DNA of 64,000 nucleotides from Hydrolagus affinis (lineage: Eukaryota), in NCBI GenBank assembly GCA_012026655.1, contig JAAILG010000665.1:1-64000 (forward strand), in the 5' to 3' direction. A model generated the notes under the pieces. The model searched no databases. It saw only the letters and a program-made list of their open reading frames with translations, and was not told where the DNA came from. Shown here one piece after another: positions 50,312-62,533 of the stretch (its first letter is position 1; each line of letters opens with the position of its first letter). The position numbers were made by a program, and so were the translations under genes.

Positions 50312-50647
50312 TATATCTTGTGATGGAGAAGTTTCTTTTTTTGAAATGGGTCAAGCCATATATTGCATATCTTTAAAGAGAGAGTGAAAAGTACTTTCAT
50401 TTAAAATTATCCTCCTCACAAGCATTACCATCTGTTTTTGTAAGAATCCAGCCTTGACTGGTACTGGATCTTGTTTATGCGAATGGGCATTGGGGCTTGC
50501 AGAGGTTGGAACTTCTGTAATTGCCCCTTGATGTATAACCCGAAAATAAATATCAATTTAACGATTCTTATCATAAAATCAGCCGTAGTTTTCACGAATT
50601 GCAGATATTTATCAGCGTTTTTCACTTTTTTGTTTTTTGTATTTCAG

Positions 50648-50664
50648 CATGATCGACTTACTAG
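50648..50664 (+). CDS. PPP1R12B: 17-nt microexon HDRLT(R)
   Basis: Long U-rich tract plus tttcag|, donor ag|gtaaga; required to bridge phase 0 to 2; human MYPT2 has HERLSR. Confidence 0.9.
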
Positions 50665-51584
50665 GTAAGACTGTATTTCTCTCATTTTAATTTGAACATA
50701 TAATGTTTAAACCCGTAGTTTTTGCTTCCTCTTGCAAAGTCAAATATTTGTATTTTCCAAAGGGTGTGATTTGTGAAAATGGCCAAAACAACTAAAAGGA
50801 AATTTATTCTATAACAATATTCCTTGTTACTGTATTACTTTTTATGACAATCTTGTTGCAACGGGCCTCACTGTTGTGCTAATTCAATTACAACATGACT
50901 GTCATGAGATCTGTCACCGTTGTTGTCAGATTTCAGTTTGCAGGAAATAGCAGCAGCCACCATTTTGCAGGAAATTAAATCCGGCCATATGTATTTATGT
51001 CAGGGGTGCCCATTTTAGATTTGTACCACATTATAATTTTAAATTTGAGTTTATGAACCAGAAATACCCCTTCATGATTGGGTTCTTCTGTGTCAGAATT
51101 TGTTAATAACATTTTTGACCTTTTTTTGTAACCATATCTTTCAGTAGTTCCATTCTGCCTATAAAGGCTGCCATGAATAAACACTTTTAGTGTAATGATT
51201 TCAGGTTAATCTACAACTTTAATTAAAGTTCATTTCAGGGTGATGAAAGAAGAATTATGAATTGTACTGAATGAATCAGATGATTTGTGCTGCTGTTTCA
51301 GTAATTTTCATGATCCTTTTTTAAAGAAGTAGACAGTTGTGTATCTGCATTTGTTCCTCTTGAAGATTGGTCCTAATATAATTATTGTAGTTAAGTATAA
51401 GTATTGTTATTCAGCGGCAATTAAAATTTTCAATATATGCTTGACCCTTGATGACGAGAGCTTTGCGGTTGCTGTGTGCAGAAATTTTAATGTCCTTTAA
51501 CGATATTTAGATTTGCAGCTAACTAGATTGCTTAATCTGCTTTTTGATATCTGACATTGGGTTAATGTTGATTTTTATGTTTAG

Positions 51585-51720
51585 GTTGGATTCAGGATCA
51601 TCAACTGACAGTTACGGTGATCGGTTGTTGAGTCGAACCAGTTCTTACACACGTAGGGAGAACCGACTGGCATCTCTTAGTAAACTAGATCAAGATGATG
51701 GCACAAAGAATTATAAAAAG
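51585..51720 (+). CDS. PPP1R12B: 136-nt exon: LDSGSSTDSYGDRLLSRTSSYTRRENRLASLSKLDQDDGTKNYKK
   Basis: gtttag| and aag|gtaaac; DSYGDR and YKK motifs. Confidence 0.94.
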
Positions 51721-52199
51721 GTAAACAATGATGCATTTAACGTGAGATTTTTCCTGAAATATCTGCGGCCTTGTATAGATTTTTGAGTGCTGCTCCTGTG
51801 TATTCATGATATTGGNNNNNNNNNNNNNNNNNNNNNNNNNNNNNNNNNNNNNNNNNNNNNNNNNNNNNNNNNNNNNNNNNNNNNNNNNNNNNNNNNNNNN
51901 NNNNNNNNNNNNNNNCCCCCCTGCCTCCCTCCCTGCCTGCCTGCCTGCCTGCCTGGCAGGCTGCTTGGTAAATTTAATAAGTGCGCATTCACAAAATGAG
52001 CATACCGCGAGTGTCCTGATCTCCCAATACAATTGGGAGATGCTGGTTGGTTGAGTATGCTGGTTGGTTGGGTGCTGGATAAATAAAGTTTTACTGTATC
52101 GAAATTATGGATATTAAAGTTAAAATATTAGACGTGGAAAATATCATGAATCTTTGAAAATACTGATTTTATTCTTTGTCTTTTTTGGGGAACAAAAAG

Positions 52200-52304
52200 T
52201 TATACGAAGAGGCTTTGGCTGAAAATGAGAAACTTAAGGCCAAACTGCAAGAGGCACAGCTTGAATTCACTGAAGTAAAATCGCAGCTGGAGAAAGCCAC
52301 ACAG
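52200..52304 (+). CDS. PPP1R12B: 105-nt coiled-coil exon: [35 protein letters not shown]
   Basis: aacaaaaag| (A-rich acceptor) and cag|gttcag; family homology. Confidence 0.93.
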
Positions 52305-52427
52305 GTTCAGAAAGATTACGAGAGATTTTAATTAAAAGATTATCTTTTAATCTTCAATCTCATGATTTAGAAAATTGCTGTTTTTGATGATTCAGCCCAA
52401 ACTAATGCAGGAATTTATCCATTTCAG

Positions 52428-52478
52428 AAGCAAGAACGAATTTCTGATAAGTCCTCTATGCTGGAGATGGAAAAAAGG
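52428..52478 (+). CDS. PPP1R12B: 51-nt exon: KQERISDKSSMLEMEKR
   Basis: atttcag|aag (NAGNAG) and |gtacgt. Confidence 0.93.
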
Positions 52479-53683
52479 GTACGTTAAAAGTTTTCCCCAG
52501 AATTTGTGAAGCATGCACAAATCAAATAAAAATAAAAAACATTACTACTTTAGTTTAGTTGCTTGATAATTCTGTGCTTGTAAACACATTTTAACTATGT
52601 TTATATTAACTTTCTTTTGAGTGGCAGAAGAGGAAAAAAGATAGATTGATTTATCCCTTTCGTCCAGGCCACTCCCATTGCTTCGTGAGCAATGGCTGTC
52701 TGTTCCATGTCCTGTGCCTTATCCACCCACAAACGGCAGAAGGGTTTTCAGCCATTCTGCTCACCCTCTCTGGTATTCCAGCATGGCCTCGCTCAAACTC
52801 TCCCTCAATCACCTTATTCAAGATCCATGTCAAGACATACCTTTAAAAAAAACTTTAAAGTTATGGAGGATATTTCATAGAGCAACACTACTTTTGTAGG
52901 CTACGTGGGTAATAATGAACAATTGCTTATTTCAGCTACAATTTGGTACATCACATGGGGCTTTTCCACCACAGTTCCCAACAGTCAATTTCGAACTTCA
53001 ATTTTGTCTTCAGAATCGAGTACAAGTCAAAGAGACTAAGCAGTTTACTTCAAGTAATGGGGGAAAAAAAACTCAGATACCCTAAGCAACTCTTTAAAAG
53101 CTTCAAAAATATTCAGATGTAAATCTTCAATTCAAGTTAATTATTAAAGAAAATAATGAAGCAATACTTTAGGCGAGCCTAATGAAATGTGCAGTGGACT
53201 ATGGCATTGAATAACCTCACAAAATGAAGAATTGAAACCTGTATTTGTACCAATGCTGGGGTTCCTTAATCTGTTTAAATAATTAGCCTAAAACTATTAC
53301 AAGGCTGAATAATTTCAAGAGGCACAGTTTTCAAGAAAACAAGACTTTTCCTCATTCTTGAATTCATGATCTTCAATTAAATCATTCTGATGGGTCTCCT
53401 GTTAACCATATCAGAACAAGTATCTCTGTCTTAGTGGTCTGAGATTTATAACATGTGTTAAACTTTTAGGATTTTCAGAAAACTCAACAACTCTTCTTAT
53501 GAGACAGTGACAGACCTGTCATATTGTTCATCTTGATAGTTTCCATGATCCAATAGTTACCAACATCAGGATACTCAGTTAAAAAGAAGAGGGGAAGAAT
53601 GAAATAAAAATAAAACTTTTTAGGATTGGAATACTTTCGTGACATATTTATTGTAATACAGAGCATATTTTTTCTTGTTGTAG

Positions 53684-53734
53684 GAAAAAAGAGCTTTGGA
53701 AAGGAAAGTTTCTGAAATGGAGGAAGAGTTGAAG
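53684..53734 (+). CDS. PPP1R12B: 51-nt exon: EKRALERKVSEMEEELK
   Basis: ttgttgtag| and aag|gtatgg. Confidence 0.95.
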
Positions 53735-53821
53735 GTATGGCCCAAATCATAAAGCTTCACTATACAGATGACAGTTCTGTGTCTTATGAAAGAGCAGCTA
53801 ATGCTAAATGAAACCTATAAC

Positions 53822-54107
53822 AATAGTAATAATCCTTGCATTGGATATACAATATAGCGCTTTTCACATCTTCTAGATGTCTCAAAGTGCTTCAAAAAAT
53901 ATACCGTAAAGTGAATTGACTGTACAGTTGTCGGCGAAAAGCGACAGCCAATTGCGCACAGCAGTGTCCAACAAACTGTCATTGGTTGAGGGATTATTAT
54001 CAGGCATGTTGAATAAGGAGACTTGCTCAAGGTTTCACCATGCCTGGAATTGAACCCAGGTTCCTTGCTTGTAAGGCGAGTGCTCTAACCACTCAGCTAC
54101 AGGACTC
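53822..54107 (-). mobile_element. Full-length SINE of the younger family
   Basis: Tail, core and tRNA head all visible on the minus strand. Confidence 0.87.
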
Positions 54108-54116
54108 CACAATATA

Positions 54117-54327
54117 CAGTAAAAGCCTGTTTATCCAGCACCCGATCTACCATAACTTCCATATAACTGGGATATAAAAAAAATCCGCCTTCAATTAACT
54201 GGAATTTATCCGGAAAAATGCATAATTTTTTTTTAAAAAAAAAGTTGCGTTTCGGCCAAATAACTGGCACACGTTTTAACCGGCAGTGGCCAGGTCCCGA
54301 GGATGCAGGATAAATGGGCTTTTACTG
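54117..54327. mobile_element. Second copy of the same MITE
   Basis: ta|cagtaaaagcctgtttatcc...ggataaatgggcttttactg|ta; internal sequence matches 32156-32376. Confidence 0.88.
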
Positions 54328-54844
54328 TATTATGATGTATTACCTTTATTATAAAAAGATTTGTGAAGTTGCGTAACCATTTGAAAGGAATGTACCATCA
54401 TGAGCAAGAAATTCCACTCAGTCATAGATTGCAAGACCACTTTTTCTTAAAATTGAAGATTTCACAGTGTTGTGGAAAATTCTTAAATATCTAAATTTGA
54501 AATCAGTTCATTTTAGCAACTGCAGAATACTAGCAATTAAAGTAAGAATGAATTCAATAATTTTGCAAAATTTTGCATTTTAAGGCCTTACACTTGGTAG
54601 CGTACTTGCCTCTGTGTTAGAAAGTTGTGAGCTCAAATCATGTATTGGGACTTTGAACTCCTATAGTCTAAATTGACACTCGAATGCAGTGCTGGGAGAG
54701 TGCTGCATTATCAACTGTGTTGTCCTTTCGATGAGAATCTAAACGTGAGAACTCTCTGAGGTATTTTGGTTCAATTGTTTTGTTTTTCCCTATTGATTTA
54801 CCATGTTTTTGACTTCTGTTATTCCTATGTCCTGTTCTCTGCAG

Positions 54845-55000
54845 AACTTTCAATAAATGAAGTAGATTGACACTTCAAGGTTTAATTGAGTGTCTGCTGA
54901 CTGAGAACAGAACCTTTACCACTGTGATTGATAAACTGTCTCTCTCTCTCTCTCTCTCTCTCTCGAGTTCTATGAGCAGTTTGAGACTGGGGACTTGTAA
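54845..55000 (+). pseudogene. Decayed homologue of the MYPT2 alternative C-terminal exon (HS-M21A type)
   Basis: Strong acceptor cctgttctctgcag|. Reads NFQ*MK*I, then frameshift, TLQGLIECLLTENRTFTTVIDKLS, then (TC)13, then EFYEQFETGDL*. Recalled human sequence: [44 protein letters not shown]. Confidence 0.78.
54939..54964. repeat. (TC)13 microsatellite inside the decayed exon
   Basis: Direct count. Confidence 0.9.
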
Positions 55001-55339
55001 CCTTTACCCTCACTTTATGCATCTCTTCCCTTCCATAACCAGACAGCTGTTTCAGCTTGACTGCTTTTTGCATGTGCAACAAGGCAATATCTGGTCTAAG
55101 TGAGATTTTCAATCTGTAACTGTTGGTTACATGCCTCATCTAACACTCTGGCCCAAGATGTCTTTCACTTTTTAAATCATCGTCATATTGAGAATAGTAT
55201 GATAACAGTTTTTCTGGAACCTTTATAAAAAAATTCCCACATACTTTTTTTTAACCATCATGTGCCATCTGTTTTGTTTTATTTTTGTGTTGTGTATAAC
55301 TGCGCAGAACACTTATTGGTCCCTTAGGAAGAGGCCAAT

Positions 55340-55915
55340 GATTATTACAAAATGCACAGTACACAGAACAACTGGATAAAGTATAGGAAACTGATTGTTA
55401 GAACCAAAAAGGGAGATAAGGAGAATTAATAGAGGGAATGAAAAAAGCATAGCAGCAAAATAAAGAGGAAATTTAAAACAAGTTTTTTTTTATAGACAAA
55501 AATGAGAGGATAATTGCAGAAATCTACACAAGAGTATGCAGGGGAAGGTAAAATTAGCTTGGAGAGAATGAAAATGACACATGTATTAAAGCAAGTTCTT
55601 GTACAGTAGAGGGAGATGACGAGGTACTGAATGAGCAGAGGTGGATGAGAACGAACAGCTGTTAGACATAGATGCCAGTCAGGAAGTGATAGACAAATGG
55701 TTTATAAAACAAAGTGGACAAGTTGCCCAGACCATATGGGTTTCATCCGCGAGTGCTGAGGGAGGTTAAAGACCAAATAGTGGGAGCTTCGGCGGAAATG
55801 TTTTTTTTAGAAGTCTTGAAAACAGGAAGCAATTCAGGCAATTAGAGGGTGGAAAATATGAATCTCATTCTTCAAAGAAAAACAAGAAAAACCTGGAAAC
55901 AACAGGCCAGCTTGT
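55340..55915 (+). mobile_element. Degenerate CR1-type LINE ORF2 fragment
   Basis: acaagttgcccagaccatatgggtttcatccgcgagtgctgagggag resembles KSPGPDG.HPRVLRE. Confidence 0.7.
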
Positions 55916-55924
55916 GTCACATAA

Positions 55925-56260
55925 ATCCAAGACTGTTTGTGGGACACTGCTGTGTGCAATTGGCTGCCACATTTTGCCTACAAATACACGGTCAATTCAC
56001 TTTACAGTATATTCTGTGAAGCACTTTGAAACGACTAGAAGATGTGTAATGTGCTACACCAAATGCAAGGCTTATTATTATAGGATTACATTGGTGGTGG
56101 CGAGAAATATTACACAAATGATATTGAATCAGAGAAATCAGTAACAAAAAGGTCTATACAACCTATTGTTGTGGGACTGTTTGTGGGACACTGCTGTGCA
56201 CAATTGGCAGTCGTGTTTCACCCACAAAATATACAGTCAATTCACTTTGCAGTACAGTAT
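55925..56260 (+). mobile_element. Two partial copies of the younger SINE
   Basis: actgtttgtgggacactgctgtg occurs at about 55932 and 56176. Confidence 0.75.
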
Positions 56261-56289
56261 ATTCTTACTCACCGAACTAGTGTGCAATC

Positions 56290-56610
56290 TAGGCTTCCCG
56301 ATTCAACGCCAATTCTGGCCAGGCTCCACTGGCTCCCCATCACCGAATGGATCGACCGACTTCAAGATCCTCACACTCGGATTTGAATCTCTTCACTCTC
56401 TGGCATATCCCTACCTCTCTGACCTCCTCATTCTCCAATCCATCAACCAATCCGATCAACTGGTACTGAATCGTTCCTTGCCCCTCCGCCCCACCATCGT
56501 AGGTTGCGCTTTAAGCCACTACTTCCCTGAAATCTTCCTCTTTGACCTCCGCCTCCCGGGCTTGCAGACAGGCTCCGGAGGGCGCTATCTGTATAAATAT
56601 AAGTTGTTGT
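56290..56610 (+). mobile_element. L2-type fragment
   Basis: TPILARLHWLPI and FKILTL peptides; tail gggcgctat. Confidence 0.75.
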
Positions 56611-59321
56611 ATGCATTCTGCTTCAACCACTGCCACTAGCAAGTAATTCCACATCCTACAACAACTCCTTCTAATCCCCTCCTTTGTTTCTATGATCCTT
56701 ATTGCAAAATGTTTGGATAATTGGAAAATATAATGGTATTTTTTGTGTGCAAAATTCTACTACTTGTGAACAAAATAACAGATGTTAGCATTTCTTTCAT
56801 TTCTGCAATTTATAAAAGGTAAATACATACAATTTTTAGCATTTCCTGAACATCAATATAAGGAAACTTTTGATACATTAACTGCTTTATAATAAAATAA
56901 ATAATTCCTCTAACTCGATGGATAATATGTTGCTAATTGTCTTCTCACCCAAGCTGAGATCAGCGAAGTTAGTCATAGATTGGAGCTCAAACCAAACCAG
57001 TGACCTACCTGGTGTATGTGCCTTGCTAACGACTCTATACATTCTCTCAACCATGAGGGCAAGCCCAAAGGCCTATTTCAAACTAAGGCTCAGAAGCATT
57101 CTTCATTTAAAGAGTTCGCCAAAGTGAACTCTGATAAGTTACTCTGGTGGGAACTGGAATTTAACAAGTGTTACTATATGAAGCGATTTCATACTCAGTG
57201 TGACATTACTTGCTAAATATAGATGCAGTTCCGAATTTAATCAATCACCTTGTCTGTCCAAGTGCAGAATATATCATTTAATCACCTTGTATTTTTTGTC
57301 CTCCATCATATGAGGGATTTAAAAAAATAAACAGTTAAATATTTGACATATATTGCAATATTTTCCACACACAGTTGTTTGGATATGGAATGCCGTTCTG
57401 GAGGCGGTGGTTGAGGCAGAATAGACTATTTGCTTTAAAAAGGAAACTAAAGAGATGTCTAAAAAGGAGAAAATTTCAGGCATTTGGTGAAAAGGCAGAT
57501 AAATATGACTGAAAGGATTACTCTCTTTGTCAGAGCCAGCACAGATACAATGAGCTAAATAGCTACCTTCTGTGTGGTAAAGTTCTGTACAGGAAACCCT
57601 TCACTGACTGACTGTCCAGGGCCTTGGGATGTGCTCCTGACGTGAAAGGCGCTACACAAATGTCATTTTGTTTTTGATGTTATTTTGAGCTCCTAAACCA
57701 AACATTGCTTTAACTAGGAACATAGTGAAAATGGCAGCGGCAACTTCCTATAAGAAAGAAATCAGGAAATAATTGTAAGCAAGAAATCAGCAACAACACT
57801 CAGGGGTCCAATGCATTGCAACAATTCTGAGATACAACTTTTTAATTCACAGAATGCAGAGCAACTGATGTATTTTACAGTCGAGTTATACAAACATTTG
57901 GGGGCTTTGGATCTTTCTTTTTCTATCTCTGTCAATCTTTCTCTGTTTGTATATCTTTCTGTGTGTCTCTCCCTTTCATTCTCACTCTGTCTTTAACCGT
58001 GAAATCCAAAACATTATGCCGCTGTGTACAAATGTTTATGAAGTGCATATAAACCCTGTGGATGCAAGGCACTTTTGATTCTAACACTCATCCTAATTTA
58101 GGAGGGAGATTTTAGATACCTTTGAATTAAGTAATCAGTAATAAAGTATATGTGAGATGATATCTGCGTTTTCATAGTCTCAATACTTTTAACTAGACAA
58201 TATACACCAGCTCAGCTTTGAAAGCTGTAACACATTGGTTTCTATTTTCCTCCACTAAAGTCTGATTTGTCTATAATTTTAGCTTTTTTCTTACCGATGT
58301 AAGAATTTGCTGAATTTTATCCATGCCCTTTCGACATAGCAGCTGTTTTGAGCAGAAGCATACAAGAGTCATTGTACCAGACAGAACATTATCAAAGCAA
58401 TGTAATGCAGCATTTTTTAAGAGGCAGAGATGTTGACCTTCATTAAATGGCTGAAAGGGCAGCTCCTTTGTACGTTGTAGTGTTCATAATTTTGTTATGT
58501 TCACTTCACCTTTTTGTAAACGACAGATAACTGCTGAGGCCTCTCTCAGGAAATGTTCTCATAATTATCATCTGAAAGCTTGACAGAAAGTAAATTGTCA
58601 CAAGTATTAAGCTTCCAGATTTTAAGCAGTAAAATCCAATAATATCGGGCAGCCACTTGCACAATTCTGTCAGTTTGATGACTTTAAACTGCCGTGATTG
58701 TGAGAATATATTTGAGAAATTGTACATGCGACAGTTTCTATCTAAAATCTGATCACTTGGGAAAATGAACTGCATTATGCTTATGATTCTTCTCTCCCTT
58801 TCGGTAAGTTTATTATGATCCATTGTTTAAAATTATTGGAAGTTTACACCTGGATTTTGTTTACATGTTTCTACTGTTAAAAAAGAAATTCAGTTATCTT
58901 TTCATGAATGTTTACTAACAATATGGATGGGTGTTATTGCTGGCGGTGAAATTTAAAGCTCAATCACTGCCCCAAAAATATACCTGAAACTAAAACGATC
59001 ACCCCCTGTGCATCAGTCAGTCAATTTCATTTTGTACAAAAAATGTCCTCGGAGACTGAGTTAGATTTTTAATTTAGTGCCAAATTAGGACAGCTATGCC
59101 ACTAGGAATTGAGAGTATCTGGACTTAATTTGCATAGATCCGGTATGGGAAAAAAAAGTATGGGCTGAAATCAAACCCACCTTCCAGCTACAAAAGAACA
59201 ATATGTTACAATCCATGTTACAATATGGTACAATATGTTAAACCAAACCAATATCGCCTTGCATCCATTGTGATGTTATTGCTTATTTCTAACGCTATTG
59301 GCAGTTCTCTATCAACACTTT

Positions 59322-59632
59322 AATAATAAAGTGCATTTGATATAGCGCCTTATCACGTCTTCAGGACGTCTCAAAGCTCTTCACAGAATATGTAAAGTGA
59401 ATTTACTATTTTGTGGATGAAATGCGGCACAATCATGTTTTGAGTGACCAAATAATAAAAATGATTATTATTATTAAGGAATTGTTATCCCGGAAAAACG
59501 ATCCGCCAATTGACTTACAACTGGGTTTTGACTTACTGCTAGGTAAACAGTGGCGTGTGTAAGGAAGGAAAGTTCCCCTAGGTTTCGCCCTGCCGGGAAT
59601 TGAACCCAAGTCATCGAGAGCTCTGACCACGA
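59322..59632 (-). mobile_element. Diverged copy of the younger SINE family
   Basis: gcatttgatatagcgcc tail; gggaattgaaccca B box. Confidence 0.7.
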
Positions 59633-60449
59633 GTGAATTTGCAAGAAAATGTGTTTTAGTTGCAGAGAAAGGTTAAACTTGTTTTGTGTTGTAGTTGGAC
59701 AGAAAGGAAAACCCACGACCAAACTGGAATAATATGATCCGGTCAGCGCTCCTTTTAAATCTTTTAAATTCTAAATTATCTTGTGTTTCTAGGATCAAAA
59801 ATAGTCCTAACACTCATTCACTCCTTGATGTAATCGGAGAGGTTCATGCCTTTCCAAATACATCATGGAGTGATTGAGTGTTAGGAAACAATAAATCAGT
59901 TAAACGTGATCTAAATGATATAGATTCCATATGTGCAAGGTTTGCCATTAAATGGCAGGCACACCATAAAATGATTAAATGCTTGGAGAAAAAGAAGGGA
60001 AAATTGTAGCAAATTGAATGCAGAAGTACTAAATAGTGGGGATTTGTTTATAGTAATATAACTCGCATAAAAGGGGTTAGTGACACTTTATAAGACACTT
60101 TAATGCTTCCTTACCTGGCCTAAAATATTATACATTCAGCCAGTAACTGGAAAACATATGGAATCAATCATTAGATTCAATGGAAGCCAAATAGAAGATT
60201 ATAAATTTCCTAAAAATGACAAGATAGATGAGATCTACCATTTCTGAAGCTGAGCAACTTCATATAATTGTTGAGGATCCAACATCTCACTAATTGTGTA
60301 ACTCCTTAAGACATAGTGAGTGTATCTAGAAGTCTAAAAGCCCAGGGAGAGAATACCCCATCAAAGTAACTCTGTTATAAACTGATGTTGCTGTATCCTG
60401 TTCTGTTTATCAAAATGAAATGCAGACATATGACAGTTTGAGTCATCTA

Positions 60450-61078
60450 TATAAGAACATAAGAATTAGGAGCAGGAGTAGGCCATTCGGCCCCTCGAGC
60501 CTGCCCTGCCATTTGATAAGATCATGGCTGATCTTCTGACCTAACTAATTACCTGCCCTACCCCCTTATCCCCTAATCCCTCTATATTTTAAAAATCTAT
60601 CAGTCTCAGCCTTGAAAATGTTCAAGGACTGAGCATCTACAGCCTTCTGGGGTAGTGAATTCCATAAATTCACTACCCTTTGAGTGAAGAAATGTTTCCT
60701 CAACTCTGTTCTAAAAAGCTGACCCTTAATTTTAAGATTATAACCCCTGGTTATAGATTCTCCTACCGGGAAACAGTCCCTTACTGTCTACTTTATCCAC
60801 CCCTTTAAGGATCTTATGTTTCAATAAGGTCTCCCCTAATTCTTCTGTTCTCTAGAGAATACAGCCCTAGTCTATTCAACCTATCCTCATAGGTCTGTCC
60901 CCTCATCCCAGGAACCAACCTAGTGAATCTACGTTTCCCCCCCTCTAAGGCAAGTATGTCCTTTATTAAGTAAGGAGATCAAAACTGCACACAATACTCT
61001 AGGTGCGGTCTCACCAAGGCCCTATACAGTTGCAGCAGGACTTCCCTACTCTTCTACTGCAAACCTTTTGCGATGAAC
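60450..61078 (-). mobile_element. CR1/HER1-like LINE 3' end
   Basis: ataagaacataagaattaggagcaggagtaggccattcggcccctcgagcctg...aaactgcacacaatactctaggtgcggtct, the typical chondrichthyan CR1 terminus. Confidence 0.88.
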
Positions 61079-62446
61079 GCATAAGGCTTTTTCTTAGATG
61101 GATTATATTGCTCATCATCATCTTGGGAAACACTTCAATCACCAATACAATATTTGCTCCTAAGATTTATTTATTACATTTCAGAAACCCTATGTAATTT
61201 TCAAAATCTGGAAAACGACAATTCAGTTAGTTTAAATCATGTTACAAAAGTACCTCTAATACATGACCAGATTCCCACGTAAACTTTACTTGCAAGAGGA
61301 GAGAAAAGACATTTTGTTAGCATTGCAAATGAATCTTGGCATTGTGTGATGTTGTTCATTGTGATAAAATACCATTCCAAATAAGTGCTTTGATTCTGGT
61401 GGAAAGACAGAAGAACCTGCCCCATCGGTTTCTCAACATGGCAAACCTCCAAAATGACTTATTAGGGCATCGACATCAGTCTGTGTTTTCCAGGAAAGCC
61501 TTTTGATTAACCATACTTGAAAGTCCAAATACAGGGTGACCAAAAAGTCATGATACCATTACTTCCAATAAGCCTTAAAGAAACAATGATTTTTTTTGAT
61601 AATAGGGTAGCTTCATGATTCTTTGGTCACGCTGTACATTTGTTCTGAGTAGTATTTGAAATAAGTGTTCTAGTTTCATTACAATTACCACAAATGAATG
61701 AGCTGCATATATTTTGATTGTTTTGTCATCAAATGTTTAAGCTATCAAAGTCAAGAATGCAATTAAATTTTGTTTATTTTTAACTCAGGAAAGTCTTAAA
61801 CTGCCATATAACATATTTCTGTGTCGTTATGACTTGAATTTCCGCTCAAATTACTCTATAACTAAACACTTACGTTGTCTCCAGAAATAATATTGGATGT
61901 GATGTACAATTACTGGTCTGTGAAGTTATTCATTGTTAACAAATTGGGTTACCAGTTTTCTCCCCTTCTGTTTCCTCATCTCTGAAAGATGCTGACTCTT
62001 GCTGGTTTACATTTGCTGGGCTGCTGGAAACCCTAATTACCATATCCAGGTGGCAATTACACAACCTAAGCCTGATAATGTCAGCAGAGTATTGGAGGCA
62101 CATAGTTTCAGTTCAAGGTTATCTCTGAAACTGTCTTGCAGTGTCTGCATCATGGGCAAGAACCATGACAGAATTTGATTCTCTCCACCTCTGGGGAGCT
62201 AAGGCTAATAGTAGGGTGCAGGATCCCTAGCTGAAATCACCTACCCAGCACAGAGTGGAAGCATAGAAGTGTAAAAAGCGGCCCAAGATATCTGTGCCGT
62301 CGTTACCTGTTACTCTCTTTTTAAAAAAAACTTAATCGAGTGTTCCGCTTCTCTATGTCCCTCAGTAGTTTACTGCTCAGGTGCTTTTAAAGTTGGAAGA
62401 GTTCAGAGAGTGTTCACCATTTTTAAATTTACTTTTCTGTCCACAG

Positions 62447-62533
62447 GTTTTAACGGAGCTGAAATCAGATAACCAAAGGCTGAAAGATGAGAACGGAGCT
62501 CTCATCAGAGTAATAAGCAAATTATCAAAATGA
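62447..62533 (+). CDS. PPP1R12B: Terminal coding exon, leucine zipper: [28 protein letters not shown]
   Basis: ctgtccacag|; TGA at 62531-62533. Confidence 0.97.
   Translation, partial: VLTELKSDNQRLKDENGALIRVISKLSK

Larger units (their letters stand above)
3310..62533 (+). other. PPP1R12B: Span of a spliced gene, protein phosphatase 1 regulatory subunit 12B (MYPT2); 5'-incomplete; 23 coding exons in the window
   Basis: Ankyrin repeats, acidic patch, RRSTQGVT inhibitory site, coiled coil and terminal leucine zipper [32 protein letters not shown]2-type residues include EEAES, RQTRRST, TFSRSRAER, the HDRLTR microexon and VLTELKSD. All junctions are GT-AG with matching phases. Confidence 0.93.

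Noticed and set aside
52305-52427. 123-nt intron (multiple of 3) as an in-frame retained intron
   Set aside because: In-frame TAA at its ninth codon.
59198-59240. Short caatatgtta-like tandem
   Set aside because: About four degenerate units without spacers; a simple repeat, not a CRISPR-like array.
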